The position numbers and the translations under genes were made by a program. The notes beneath the pieces are model-generated. The model was not told the origin of the DNA. It did not search any database and saw only the letters and a list, made by a program, of their open reading frames with translations. This document shows, piece after piece, positions 48,200 to 58,005 of a DNA stretch of 64,000 nucleotides. Each line of letters begins with the position of its first letter. The stretch's first letter is position 1. Origin of the DNA: Treponemataceae bacterium (lineage in GTDB: Bacteria > Spirochaetota > Spirochaetia > Treponematales > Rectinemataceae); contig CAXXGJ010000018.1 in the NCBI GenBank assembly GCA_963677895.2, forward strand, positions 384,001 through 448,000. The letters are read 5' to 3'.

Positions 48200-49486
48200 T
48201 TGTCCGCGAAAGAATTTCCCCATTTGGTTCTTGATCGTTCCATGGCTCTTTTCGAAGAAGCCCAAAGGCTGTCTCCCGGCGGAGTGATGGGAATACGGCG
48301 GCCTTATAATTTTATACAAGGCGAATACCCAATTTTCATAGATCGCGGCTACAAGGGGCATATCGTCGATGTCGACGGCAACGATTACATCGATATGCTC
48401 TGCGCCTACGGGCCCATAATCCTGGGCTACGACGAGGCGGAGATAAATGACGCCGTGAAAAAGCAAATGGATGAAAAGGGTTTCTGCTTCTCCCTGGTGC
48501 AGAAAATCCAGAACGATCTCGAAAGGCGGCTGACGGAGCTTATCCCCTGCGCCGAGCAGGTCATTCTCGTGAAGACCGGTTCGGATGCCACGAGCCTGGC
48601 GACGCGTATCGCCCGCGGCTATAACGACAAGCGCTATATCCTCCGCTGCGGCTACCATGGCTGGCACGACTGGTGCGTGGAAGTGCACGGCGGCGTGCCC
48701 GACGAGATTTCCGCGCTGACCGACGAATTCGAATATGGATCCCTCGAGGCTCTCGAGGAGAAACTGAAGGCGCATCGCGGGGATGTCGCCTGCATCATCC
48801 TGACGCCTGTCGGTCATCCGCTGGCCAAGCCCGTGATGACGCCTCCTCCGGGGTATCTGGAAGGCGTCAGGAAACTGGCCGATGAATATGAGGCCGTTCT
48901 TATCTTCGATGAAGTGCGAACGGGATTCAGGGTATCGATGGGAGGCGCGCAGGAACGCTATGGCGTGACGCCCGATCTGGGTACGTTCGGGAAGGCGCTC
49001 GCGAACGGTTATCCCATCAGCGCGGTCGCGGGAAAGAGAGAATTCATGAAGGTGGCCGAAAAGAAGGTCTTCGTCTCTTCGACATTTTTCCCCAACAGCC
49101 TGGAGATGGTCGCCGCCATGAAGTGCCTCGATATTCTGGAGCGGGAAATAGTTCCCGAATCCATCTGGCGACGGGGCACGGTTTTTCTGGAACGTCTCGG
49201 GGCGATTGCGGCGGCATCGGGCGTGCCCCTCACGGTTTCCGGGATTCCGCCGATGCCTTTCATGACCTTCGACAAGGCGGAGAGCGACGGGGAAAAGACC
49301 TACAAGGCGAGAAGGGAATATTTCTATACGCAGACAATCAGGCGCGGACTCTTCATCCAGCCTTTCCATCATTGGTATATCGCGCATCGTCATACCGACG
49401 CCGACCTCGATCGCGCCTTGAGCGTCATCGCGGAATCCTTGGAATTGACGGCGAAACGGTTCCCGGCCAACCAGGGCGGCAGATAA
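48200..49486 (+). CDS. kat: Class III aminotransferase, probably 3-aminobutyryl-CoA aminotransferase
   Basis: TTG start after AGGAGG; GYHGWHD, IFDEVRTGFR, PLP Lys in FGKALANG; located between kdd and kce with no kal in the operon. Confidence 0.75.
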   Translation: MSAKEFPHLVLDRSMALFEEAQRLSPGGVMGIRRPYNFIQGEYPIFIDRGYKGHIVDVDGNDYIDMLCAYGPIILGYDEAEINDAVKKQMDEKGFCFSLVQKIQNDLERRLTELIPCAEQVILVKTGSDATSLATRIARGYNDKRYILRCGYHGWHDWCVEVHGGVPDEISALTDEFEYGSLEALEEKLKAHRGDVACIILTPVGHPLAKPVMTPPPGYLEGVRKLADEYEAVLIFDEVRTGFRVSMGGAQERYGVTPDLGTFGKALANGYPISAVAGKREFMKVAEKKVFVSSTFFPNSLEMVAAMKCLDILEREIVPESIWRRGTVFLERLGAIAAASGVPLTVSGIPPMPFMTFDKAESDGEKTYKARREYFYTQTIRRGLFIQPFHHWYIAHRHTDADLDRALSVIAESLELTAKRFPANQGGR

Positions 49487-50308
49487 ATGGGAAAGAAAAT
49501 CGTCATAACATGCGCCTGTACCGGCGCCGAAACCACGAGAGAACAGAATCCCGCGCTTCCCCTGACTCCCGAAGAAATAGCCGATGCGGCATACGAAGCC
49601 TGGCTCGCGGGCGCGGCGATTCTCCATCTGCATGTGCGCGACGAAAGCGGAAAGCCTACGCAGAATCCCGCCGTATTCAGGCGCGCGATCGAGCTCATCA
49701 GGCGTAAATGCGATATTGTCGTGGAGATAACGACCGGCGGCGCGGTGGGCGATGGCGCCGAGGAGCGGCTGCGTCCGGTCATGGAAATAGAACCGGAAAT
49801 GGCCAGTCTCGACTGCGGGACCGTCAATTTCGGCAACGATTTCATCGTGAATACGCTCCCGACCATGCGTCGTTTCGCGGCGGAATTCCGGGCAAGGAAG
49901 GTGCGACCTACCTTGGAATGTTTCGATCTTGGCCATATCTGGGCATCGCGGATCCTCATCGAGGAAGGGCTTCTGGAAGCGCCGTATCACTATGGCCTCG
50001 TCATGAACGTTCCCGGTTCGGTTCCGTATAACGTCGACAATCTCGAAGTGTTCAGGAGGGCTCTGCCTGAGAACGCATTTTTTACGGTGATGGGCATAGG
50101 GAAATCATCGCTGCCCGCTCAATTTGGCGCGATAGCGTGCGGAGGATGGATCCGCGTCGGTTTCGAGGACAATGTCTATTACGCGAAGGGACTCCCCGCC
50201 AAATCCAACGCGGAACTTGTAGAGCGCGCGGCAAGAATAGCCCGGGAAGCGCAGCTCGATATCGCGACCAGCGATGAAGTGAGATCGTTCCTTCGATTGA
50301 GGGGGTAA
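49487..50308 (+). CDS. kce: 3-keto-5-aminohexanoate cleavage enzyme
   Basis: ITCACTGAE, LHLHVRD, TTGGA, SLDCGTVNF, RVGFEDN. Confidence 0.92.
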   Translation: MGKKIVITCACTGAETTREQNPALPLTPEEIADAAYEAWLAGAAILHLHVRDESGKPTQNPAVFRRAIELIRRKCDIVVEITTGGAVGDGAEERLRPVMEIEPEMASLDCGTVNFGNDFIVNTLPTMRRFAAEFRARKVRPTLECFDLGHIWASRILIEEGLLEAPYHYGLVMNVPGSVPYNVDNLEVFRRALPENAFFTVMGIGKSSLPAQFGAIACGGWIRVGFEDNVYYAKGLPAKSNAELVERAARIAREAQLDIATSDEVRSFLRLRG

Positions 50309-50312
50309 AGCA

Positions 50313-51596
50313 ATGCATGATTTTTTGTCCTACGATTATCGCCGCATTCCTCTCTATGAAAATGTAAGCTCCGAGGATTGGAACGATTGGCATTGGCAGA
50401 TACGGAACAACATAAGGGATGTGGCCACGCTGTCGCGCGTAATACCGATTTCGGCGCAGGACAAAGAAGATATAGCGGAAGTGCTCAAGGTTTTCCGCAT
50501 GGCGATTACTCCTTATTACGCCTCTCTCATCGATCCGGCCAATCGTCTCTGTCCCGTCAGGCTGCAAGCCGTGCCGAGGCGCCAGGAAACATTCACCGAT
50601 AAATCGGACCAGAACGATCCTCTCCATGAAGATGTCGATTCTCCGGTTCCCGGGCTCACCCATCGCTATCCCGACAGGGTGCTTCTCCTTGTCACCCATA
50701 TCTGCTCGATGAACTGCAGGCATTGCACGCGAAGGCGGCTTGTCGGCGTGGAGGACGTCAGCTTGGACGACGCCAACCTCGACGCGGCCCTGGAGTACAT
50801 AAGGAAGACGCCGATAATCCGCGACGTCCTGATTTCCGGAGGCGATCCATTCGTCCTGTCGACCGAAAGGCTCGAAAGCATAATCTCAAGGATACGCGCC
50901 ATACCTCACGTGGAGATTATTAGGATCGGGACGAGAACGCCCGTCGTCATGCCCATGAGAATTACGGATGACCTTGTCGCGATGCTGCGGAAATACGAAC
51001 CGCTCTACGTGAACACGCATTTCAACCATCCCAAGGAAATCACGGCCGAAGCGCGGGAGGCCTGCCGGAAGTTGGCCGATGCCGGAATTCCATTGGGAAA
51101 CCAGAGCGTCCTGCTCCGCGATGTCAACGATTGCCCCGTCCTCATGAAGAAGCTCGTGCAGAAACTCCTCTGCGTCAGGGTGAAGCCTTATTACATCTAT
51201 CAGTGCGACATGTCGCGAGGCATCTCGCACTTCAGGACGACGGTGTCCAAAGGCATCGAGATCATCGAAAACCTTCGCGGCCATACTTCGGGGATCGCGG
51301 TGCCGACCTTTGTCATCGACGCGCCGGGAGGCGGGGGGAAAATCCCGGTCATGCCCGATTATCTCATAACGCAGAACGAGAAGCGCGTGATTCTGAGGAA
51401 TTACGAAGGCGTGATCACCACGTACGATGAACCCCATTTCTATGAGGAAGACTGCGGAAAGTGCAGGATCTGTTTCGAAGAGCCTTGGCTGAAACCGACA
51501 TGCGGCGTTGCCCGTTTGCTGGACGGTCAGGAAAAAGTGCTTGAACCCAAGAACCTGGCTCGAGCTTCACGAGGCCATCATGCCGAAGAGCTTTGA
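50313..51596 (+). CDS. kamA: Lysine 2,3-aminomutase (radical SAM)
   Basis: WNDWHWQ, DPLHED, THRYPDR, CSMNCRHCTR, SGGDP, DAPGGGGKIP, RNYEG. Confidence 0.95.
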   Translation: MHDFLSYDYRRIPLYENVSSEDWNDWHWQIRNNIRDVATLSRVIPISAQDKEDIAEVLKVFRMAITPYYASLIDPANRLCPVRLQAVPRRQETFTDKSDQNDPLHEDVDSPVPGLTHRYPDRVLLLVTHICSMNCRHCTRRRLVGVEDVSLDDANLDAALEYIRKTPIIRDVLISGGDPFVLSTERLESIISRIRAIPHVEIIRIGTRTPVVMPMRITDDLVAMLRKYEPLYVNTHFNHPKEITAEAREACRKLADAGIPLGNQSVLLRDVNDCPVLMKKLVQKLLCVRVKPYYIYQCDMSRGISHFRTTVSKGIEIIENLRGHTSGIAVPTFVIDAPGGGGKIPVMPDYLITQNEKRVILRNYEGVITTYDEPHFYEEDCGKCRICFEEPWLKPTCGVARLLDGQEKVLEPKNLARASRGHHAEEL

Positions 51597-51621
51597 ACGT
51601 GGGCGATAAGGCGATCGAATA

Positions 51622-52533
51622 ATGCTGCCCGACGCGAAGAAATTCCTGGATGGCGTCAATCTCATAACGGGGCCCGGAAGGGCCTGCGGCAAGACGGCAT
51701 TCGCGCAAGCCGCGGCTCTTTCGCTTAGAAAATCCGGTAAAAGCTTCGCCATGATTTCGGTCGGCGTCGAGGGAAGCGGGGTCGGGCGGCAAGGGTCGGG
51801 GACCGATTCGATCGTGTCGCTGGCGAGAGGCGAGGTATTCATCACGGCTTCCGGGTTTTTAGGGGCGGCAACTTGTCTGCCCGAAATTCTGGATGTGCTG
51901 CCGGGCGAATCGGCGCTCGGCCAACTCGCCATAGCAAAGGCTTCACGCTTCGGAAAGGCCATTCTCGCGGGTCCGGAAAGGAATGAATATCTGCGTTGGG
52001 CGGTCGAGCGAATAGTCGGGGAAGGTTGGGCGACTACCGTCATCGTGGATGGCGCGCTCAACAGGATCACTCAGGCGGCTTCGCTCCGCTCCGCCAGATT
52101 GTTCTATGCCCTGCGGGTGGACGCGTCCAATCAGCGCTCGATGGCAGGAAAGCTGCGAAATCTGCATCGGCTTATTTCGCTGGCATCACTCGAAGATATC
52201 GAAAAGGATATTCGGCCGGGCCAATCCGTATCCAGGATAAAAGGTCCCTTGACGGCATCACTGCTCGGCGGAATGGCATCCGATGTAAAGGTGATCGTCG
52301 TGGAAGACTTTTCCAAGATATTCCTCGATGAAAGGGAATTTACGGACCTGATGAAAAAACGCGTTCTCGCGGTAGCCTCCCCGGTGGAATTCGGGGGAAT
52401 TTCCATCGCTCTACGCTCCGTAAGGAGAGAGGAATTCGAGATGATCCTGGGAGAGGAGCTTAGTGACCTGGTAATATGCTGGGATGCCTATTCTGAAACG
52501 GACATCAAGGAAATGACAGATGAGAGAAATTGA
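51622..52533 (+). CDS. kamB: Putative lysine 5,6-aminomutase reactivase subunit
   Basis: P-loop-like GRACGKT and IVDGALNR; position between kamA and the MutS-like gene matches the known kamABCDE order. Confidence 0.7.
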   Translation: MLPDAKKFLDGVNLITGPGRACGKTAFAQAAALSLRKSGKSFAMISVGVEGSGVGRQGSGTDSIVSLARGEVFITASGFLGAATCLPEILDVLPGESALGQLAIAKASRFGKAILAGPERNEYLRWAVERIVGEGWATTVIVDGALNRITQAASLRSARLFYALRVDASNQRSMAGKLRNLHRLISLASLEDIEKDIRPGQSVSRIKGPLTASLLGGMASDVKVIVVEDFSKIFLDEREFTDLMKKRVLAVASPVEFGGISIALRSVRREEFEMILGEELSDLVICWDAYSETDIKEMTDERN

Positions 52534-54295
52534 TGCCGCTTCGGGTGATGGAGTCTGTTCTCCTGGCGCATGGCTCTTCTCGAGGCTGGAGGAGTTCTGG
52601 GCGGAACTACAACCGCTGACGCCCTTCGGAAGAGATGTGATCGCAAGAAGAATAATCCATTCCGATCGGGGGAAGATCCTTTCTTCCTACGATGACATCG
52701 ATGCCTATGAATCATTCACTCGAGTCCATGGTTCCGATAAATCGAGGATCGACCGGCTTGCGTGGCATCTGGGGCGAATCCCCCGTCTTCCCTCATTCGC
52801 CGATTCCGATATCGCCGACGCCATGGACGCGGCGGATGAAGACTCAGGGAAGGACAGCGGTTATGATGTCATGGAATTGTTCCTCTTCAAGAAATTCCTC
52901 TCCAATTATAAAGCCTGCCACGATCTGTTGGATGACGCGCTGAGAGAACGTTTTGGCTTTTCATTCGTATCGGAGCCATTGTCCGCCTTGCTCGAAAAGG
53001 GCGGCAGCGACCCGGAAACTTTCCAGATTTCAGAGCGTTATGGCGAAGAACTTAGGCGCATAAGAAGCGACATCGGCAGAATTGAGGAGGAACTCGAAAA
53101 GGCCAGACGCGTTCTCGCCGAATCGGCGAGGGACACCTGGGGACTCGATTTCATGGGCAGGGATTTTCTGACCGTTCCCGTCGAAAAAGCCGTCGCGATA
53201 GCGTCAAAATCGGATTGCGGAACTCATGTACGGATAGCCGTAGAGTCTTATGACGACTTTTCCTGCCTTGTCAGGATTCAGCCCGATCCTGTGTATCTTG
53301 CCCTTGAATCGCGGAAAGAAGCGTTGCGCGACGAAGAGAGGTCAGCTGAAAATTCGATTGCCTCGAAAATTTCAAAAATCGTCCAACGTTCAAGAGCTGA
53401 CTTCGAGCGGTACATGCGTGCCGCCGAAAGGCTCGATCTCGCAAGATGCCGATATTTGCTCAAGCAAAAACATGATCTATGCAGGCCGGAATTCCGCGGC
53501 GGGGGAATCAGCGTCGAAGGCGGCAGATTTCTGCCTCTCCTTCAGGACTGTAAAGTCATGGGAACGACGTACGCGCCGATCGAGATCGATCTTCGGCATC
53601 CCGTCGCCGTCCTTTTCGGCTCCAATATGGGGGGCAAAACGGTGGCGCTCCAGAGCCTGCTGTTTTTTCAGATAGTGGCGCAGAGCGGCCTTTATGTTCC
53701 GGCCAAGGCTTTTTCGAGCCAAGTATTCGATGCCATCGAGTACGCGGGCGAAAGGGCGGGGGGAGAAAGCCGCGGACTTTCGAGTTTTGGCTACGAAATC
53801 CATTTCCTCTCCAAGGTGCTTAGAATGTCCAGGACGAAGTCCTGCCTGGTGGCATTCGACGAATTTGCCCATACGACGGGATCGGAAGAAGCGGAAGCTC
53901 TGCTTGCGGCCGTCATCCATCACTTCTCGGGAATGGAGCGATGCGCGATTCTTTTCGCTACGCATTTTCGGGGAATCGCGAGGCATAAGAACGTGCATTG
54001 GCTCAAGATGGCAGGGTTGGATATCAAAGCCGCCAGGATCTGGTTCTCGGCCGATGCTTCAGGTATGGCCGAGGTCTTCGAATCCTCCCCATCTCTGGAG
54101 GAGAGGATCAGGAGGATCAACCGACTGATGCGTTATGAGATTTTGGAAGACAAGGGTGAAAATGCTGATCGCGAAGACCGATCCGACGCGATTGAGATCG
54201 CCTCACTGCTTGGCCTGGACGGGAATATCATCGATGAAGCGGTTTTGAACTTGAGCGCCAGCCGCTTGAAGCGCAGAGAAAAATATCCGGAGTAG
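52520..54295 (+). CDS. kamC: MutS-like ATPase, lysine 5,6-aminomutase reactivase
   Basis: GSNMGGKT, GLSSFGYE, FDEFAHTT, FATHF; operon position. Confidence 0.8.
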   Translation: MREIDAASGDGVCSPGAWLFSRLEEFWAELQPLTPFGRDVIARRIIHSDRGKILSSYDDIDAYESFTRVHGSDKSRIDRLAWHLGRIPRLPSFADSDIADAMDAADEDSGKDSGYDVMELFLFKKFLSNYKACHDLLDDALRERFGFSFVSEPLSALLEKGGSDPETFQISERYGEELRRIRSDIGRIEEELEKARRVLAESARDTWGLDFMGRDFLTVPVEKAVAIASKSDCGTHVRIAVESYDDFSCLVRIQPDPVYLALESRKEALRDEERSAENSIASKISKIVQRSRADFERYMRAAERLDLARCRYLLKQKHDLCRPEFRGGGISVEGGRFLPLLQDCKVMGTTYAPIEIDLRHPVAVLFGSNMGGKTVALQSLLFFQIVAQSGLYVPAKAFSSQVFDAIEYAGERAGGESRGLSSFGYEIHFLSKVLRMSRTKSCLVAFDEFAHTTGSEEAEALLAAVIHHFSGMERCAILFATHFRGIARHKNVHWLKMAGLDIKAARIWFSADASGMAEVFESSPSLEERIRRINRLMRYEILEDKGENADREDRSDAIEIASLLGLDGNIIDEAVLNLSASRLKRREKYPE

Positions 54296-54301
54296 AACAC
54301 A

Positions 54302-55858
54302 ATGAGAGAAAAACTGGGTTTATCGAAGGAATTGATCGCCGAAGCCAGAGAGCTGGCGAATGCAATCTGCTCTCCCGTGCTTTCGTTCATCGACAGACAT
54401 ACGAGCGTGACGGTGGAGCGCGCGACATTGCGGCTGTTGGGCGCGGATGGCGCCGACGGCGACGGAGTGCCCGTGCCCAACCTGATCGTGGATTCGCTAC
54501 GGGACAGACTCTCGTCCGGAACGGCATTCTGGTACACCAATGGGCTCGTCGCCGGGGGGATGACGGTCAGCGAGCTCAACTCGAAAATTTCCAAAGGCTT
54601 CGATATATCCTCGTTGCCGATGGCCGATCCCGCCGCGGTCAGGGCCAAGGCGGACGCGCTGGCTGTGGGAGGCCTTTCGAGAATCGCGGAAAACAGGAAT
54701 TTTCGGAAGGGGAAGCTCGCGGAATTCGAGGGCAGGAACAACGATCCTTTGCTTTATCTGATAGTGGCGACAGGCAATATTTTCGAGGATGTGAAACAAG
54801 CGCGCTCGGCGGCCAAAAGCGGCGCCGACGTGATTGCCGTGATAAGAACCACGGCACAAAGCCTTCTCGATTACGTGCCCTACGGAGCCACGACCGAAGG
54901 TTTCGGCGGAACCTATGCTACGCAGGAGAACTTCAGGATAATGAGGGCGGCTCTCGATGAGGTGTCGGAAAAGGAAAAGCGCTACATTTATCTGACGAAT
55001 TACGCCTCCGGGCTCTGCATGCCCGAGATTGCCGCGATGGGCGCCATCGAGCGGCTCGACATGATGTTGAACGATTCCATGTACGGGATTTTATTCCGGG
55101 ACATAAATATGTACCGTACCTTCGTGGACCAGAAATTCAGCCGCATGATAAACGCTTACGCGGGCATCATCATCAATACCGGCGAGGATAATTACCTGAC
55201 GACCAGCGACGCTTTCGACAAGGCTTATACGGTTTTAGCCTCGCAGTTCCTCAATGAACGATTCGCCTATGCCGCGGGGCTCGAACCCTGGCAGATGGGC
55301 TTGGGCCATGCTTTCGAGATGGACCCGACGATTGCCGATGGATTCCTCTACGAGTTTGCTCAAGCCCAGATGGCGCGGGAAATTTTTCCGGAACATCCGC
55401 TGAAATATATGCCGCCCACGAAATACATGTCGGGTGATATCTTTGATGGCTTGACCATGGATACTATGTTCAATTTCGCCTCGAAAGCGACGGGGCAGGG
55501 CATCCATCTGCTCGGCATGCTCACCGAAGCGATCCACACTCCTTTCATGATGGACAGGTTCATAGGCGTGCGGAACGCGAAATATGTCATGAATGCCATG
55601 GCTTCCTTCGGGGACGATATCGAATTCAGGCCGGACGGCATCATGGTGAAGCGAGCTCGAGACGTGCTGGACAGGACGCTTGGTTTCCTGAGGGAAATCA
55701 AGGAGAGGGGGCTGATGGACGCGATAGCCGAAGGGCTTTTCGCCGATATAAAGCGGCCTCCCGACGGCGGGAAAGGGCTCGACGGGCTTGTCGAAAAAGA
55801 CCCAAGGTACTGGAATCCCGTGGAAGAACGGCTTTCATCGGCCTTATCGCTCCATTGA
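54302..55858 (+). CDS. kamD: Lysine 5,6-aminomutase alpha subunit
   Basis: HTSVTVERA, YLIVATGNIFED, AVIRTTAQSLLDYVPYG, NYASGLCMPE, KYMPPTK. Confidence 0.95.
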   Translation: MREKLGLSKELIAEARELANAICSPVLSFIDRHTSVTVERATLRLLGADGADGDGVPVPNLIVDSLRDRLSSGTAFWYTNGLVAGGMTVSELNSKISKGFDISSLPMADPAAVRAKADALAVGGLSRIAENRNFRKGKLAEFEGRNNDPLLYLIVATGNIFEDVKQARSAAKSGADVIAVIRTTAQSLLDYVPYGATTEGFGGTYATQENFRIMRAALDEVSEKEKRYIYLTNYASGLCMPEIAAMGAIERLDMMLNDSMYGILFRDINMYRTFVDQKFSRMINAYAGIIINTGEDNYLTTSDAFDKAYTVLASQFLNERFAYAAGLEPWQMGLGHAFEMDPTIADGFLYEFAQAQMAREIFPEHPLKYMPPTKYMSGDIFDGLTMDTMFNFASKATGQGIHLLGMLTEAIHTPFMMDRFIGVRNAKYVMNAMASFGDDIEFRPDGIMVKRARDVLDRTLGFLREIKERGLMDAIAEGLFADIKRPPDGGKGLDGLVEKDPRYWNPVEERLSSALSLH

Positions 55859-55870
55859 GGGGGAAACATA

Positions 55871-56611
55871 ATGGCAAATATCGTAAGACCTTACGGCGAT
55901 ACCCTCGATGACGGCAAAGTTCAGCTTTCGTTCACGCTTCCCATTCCCGCCGGTTCGCGGGCCATGGAAGCCGCGAAAGCCATGGTGCTGAGCTGGGGTT
56001 TCAGCGAATGCGAAATCGCGCATTCCGCTTCCATGGACGAATCTTTCACCTTCTTCATAGCCTACGCGAAGACGGGGCGCGGCATCGATTATGATTCGAT
56101 CAAAGCCGACAGCAGTGGCGACGAAGCCTCGATGACGATGGACGAAATCAACGCTTTCATAAGCGAGAAATTCAGAAGGAAGGTCGTCATCGTGGGCGCC
56201 TGTACGGGATTCGACGCCCACACGGTGGGCATCGACGCGATAATGAACATGAAGGGCTACAACCATCATTACGGGCTTGAGCGATACGCGATGATTGAAG
56301 CGCACAACCTCGGAGCGCAGGTTCCGAATGAAAAGCTTATCGAATTCGCGGAGAAGGTGAATGCCGACGCGATTCTCGTATCACAAATCGTCACTCAGAA
56401 GGACGTCCATCTCGAAAATCTCACCCGGCTCATAGAACTGCTCGAAGCCTCAGGGGAGAGGGGACGTTTCATATGCGTCGTGGGAGGCCCTCGGATATCC
56501 AATAAGCTCGCGGCCAAGCTGGGGTATGACGCCGGATTTGGAAGAGGCACGTACGCTGACGATGTCGCGACGTTTGTCGTAAATAAAATCGAAAAGAAAG
56601 ATAAGAGTTGA
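55871..56611 (+). CDS. kamE: Lysine 5,6-aminomutase beta subunit (B12-binding)
   Basis: PYGDTLDDGKVQLSFTLP, DAHTVGIDAIMNMKG (DxHxxG plus PLP Lys), LGYDAGFG. Confidence 0.95.
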   Translation: MANIVRPYGDTLDDGKVQLSFTLPIPAGSRAMEAAKAMVLSWGFSECEIAHSASMDESFTFFIAYAKTGRGIDYDSIKADSSGDEASMTMDEINAFISEKFRRKVVIVGACTGFDAHTVGIDAIMNMKGYNHHYGLERYAMIEAHNLGAQVPNEKLIEFAEKVNADAILVSQIVTQKDVHLENLTRLIELLEASGERGRFICVVGGPRISNKLAAKLGYDAGFGRGTYADDVATFVVNKIEKKDKS

Positions 56612-56633
56612 TTTTCCGAATAGGGAGGTAGGG

Positions 56634-57305
56634 ATGATCGAAAAGCCCGTGATCACCGCCGATGAGGCGGCCGCATTGATAAAGGACGGCATGGTCGTGC
56701 ACATCGGCGGATTCCTCGGCTGCGGATCCCCTGACAAAGTGATCGCCGCCCTGGGTCGATCTGAAGCGAGGAATCTGACGCTTGTCTGCAACGATACGGC
56801 CGTTCATGACGAGAAAACGGGCAAGGTGACGGGTATGGCCTCCCTCATACCATTGAAAAAATTCTCCAGGGTGATCGTGTCGCACATCGGCACGAATCCG
56901 GATACGCAGCGATTGATGAACGCGGGCGAGCTGGAGGTAATCCTCGTGCCGCAGGGGACCTTGGCCGAAAGAATCAGGGCGGCCGGTTTTGGCCTGGGCG
57001 GGATTCTCACGCCGACGGGTGTCGGAACCGAGATAGAATCAGGGAAGCGAAAAATAATCGTCGGCGGGAAAGTGTTTCTGCTCGAACTGCCCCTCGGAGG
57101 CGATATCGCCCTCATCAAGGCAAAAAAGGCGGACAGGGCAGGCAATCTCGTCTATTCGAAGACTGCCCGGAATTTCAACCCGCTCATGGCAATGGCCTGC
57201 AAGATCGTCGTAGCCGAAGTCGAGGAGATCGTGGAGATAGGCGAAATAGATCCCGAGAATGTCCAGACTCCATCCATCATGGTTCACTATCTCGTCAAGG
57301 CTTGA
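56634..57305 (+). CDS. atoD: Acetoacetate/butyrate CoA-transferase alpha subunit
   Basis: IGGFLGCG, SHIGTNP, PQGTLAERIRAAG.GLGG, NFNPLMA. Confidence 0.85.
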   Translation: MIEKPVITADEAAALIKDGMVVHIGGFLGCGSPDKVIAALGRSEARNLTLVCNDTAVHDEKTGKVTGMASLIPLKKFSRVIVSHIGTNPDTQRLMNAGELEVILVPQGTLAERIRAAGFGLGGILTPTGVGTEIESGKRKIIVGGKVFLLELPLGGDIALIKAKKADRAGNLVYSKTARNFNPLMAMACKIVVAEVEEIVEIGEIDPENVQTPSIMVHYLVKA

Positions 57306-57321
57306 AAAGGAGAAGGGCAGG

Positions 57322-58005
57322 ATGGAGTATATCGAGAACAAAGAAGTGATCGCCAAACGAATAGCTCGATTTTTCACGAGCGGCGACGTGGTGAATCTCG
57401 GGATTGGACTGCCCACCCTTGTGGCCAATTACCTGCCAGACGACGTCACGCTCATTCTGCAGTCGGAAAATGGAATGCTCGGACTTGGACCGGCCCCGGC
57501 TCCCGGGCAGGCCGACAAGGATCTCACGAACGCCAGCTCGATGCCGGCGACCATACTGCCCGGAGGCTGTTTTTTCGATTCGGCCATGAGTTTCGGCATC
57601 ATCAGGGGCGGCCACGTGGATTTTACGGTGCTGGGCGTCCTGGAAGTGGATCAGGAAGGCAATTTGGCTAACTACAAGATTCCCGGGAAAATCGTTCCGG
57701 GCATGGGCGGCGCCATGGATCTCGTCGTGGGCTCGAAAAAGGTAATCGCCGCCACGACGCATTTTGAAAAGTCGGGCGCCGCCAAGCTTAAAAGGCTTTG
57801 CAGTCTTCCTTTGACGGCGATCCATGAAGTGGACTATGTCGTCACCGACCTCGGATTCTTCGAAGTAAGGGACGGAAAATTCCTGCTCTGGGAATGTTTT
57901 CCGCCCTACACTCCGGAATTCGTGATTTCGAGCACCGATGCCGATATCATCCTCGCGGATGATTTCATTCGGTCCAAAGCGCCACGAGGTGAATCAGGGT
58001 CTTGA
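57322..58005 (+). CDS. atoA: Acetoacetate/butyrate CoA-transferase beta subunit
   Basis: VNLGIGLPT, catalytic LQSENG, IRGGHVD, PGMGGAMDL. Confidence 0.85.
   Translation: MEYIENKEVIAKRIARFFTSGDVVNLGIGLPTLVANYLPDDVTLILQSENGMLGLGPAPAPGQADKDLTNASSMPATILPGGCFFDSAMSFGIIRGGHVDFTVLGVLEVDQEGNLANYKIPGKIVPGMGGAMDLVVGSKKVIAATTHFEKSGAAKLKRLCSLPLTAIHEVDYVVTDLGFFEVRDGKFLLWECFPPYTPEFVISSTDADIILADDFIRSKAPRGESGS

Noticed and set aside
48200..49486. hemL (glutamate-1-semialdehyde aminomutase)
   Set aside because: Same family, but no tetrapyrrole genes are nearby and it is embedded in the lysine operon.
48173..49990. 605-aa minus-strand ORF
   Set aside because: Antisense shadow of the kat/kce genes in GC-rich DNA, with no motifs. 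The same applies to most other overlapping ORFs in the track.
50313..51596. EF-P beta-lysylation enzyme EpmB
   Set aside because: It is full-length clostridial-type KamA with a Cys-rich C-terminus, sits in a kam operon, and no efp/epmA is nearby.
52520..54295. DNA mismatch repair MutS/MutS2
   Set aside because: No mismatch-binding or Smr domain is evident, and its position matches the kamC reactivase.
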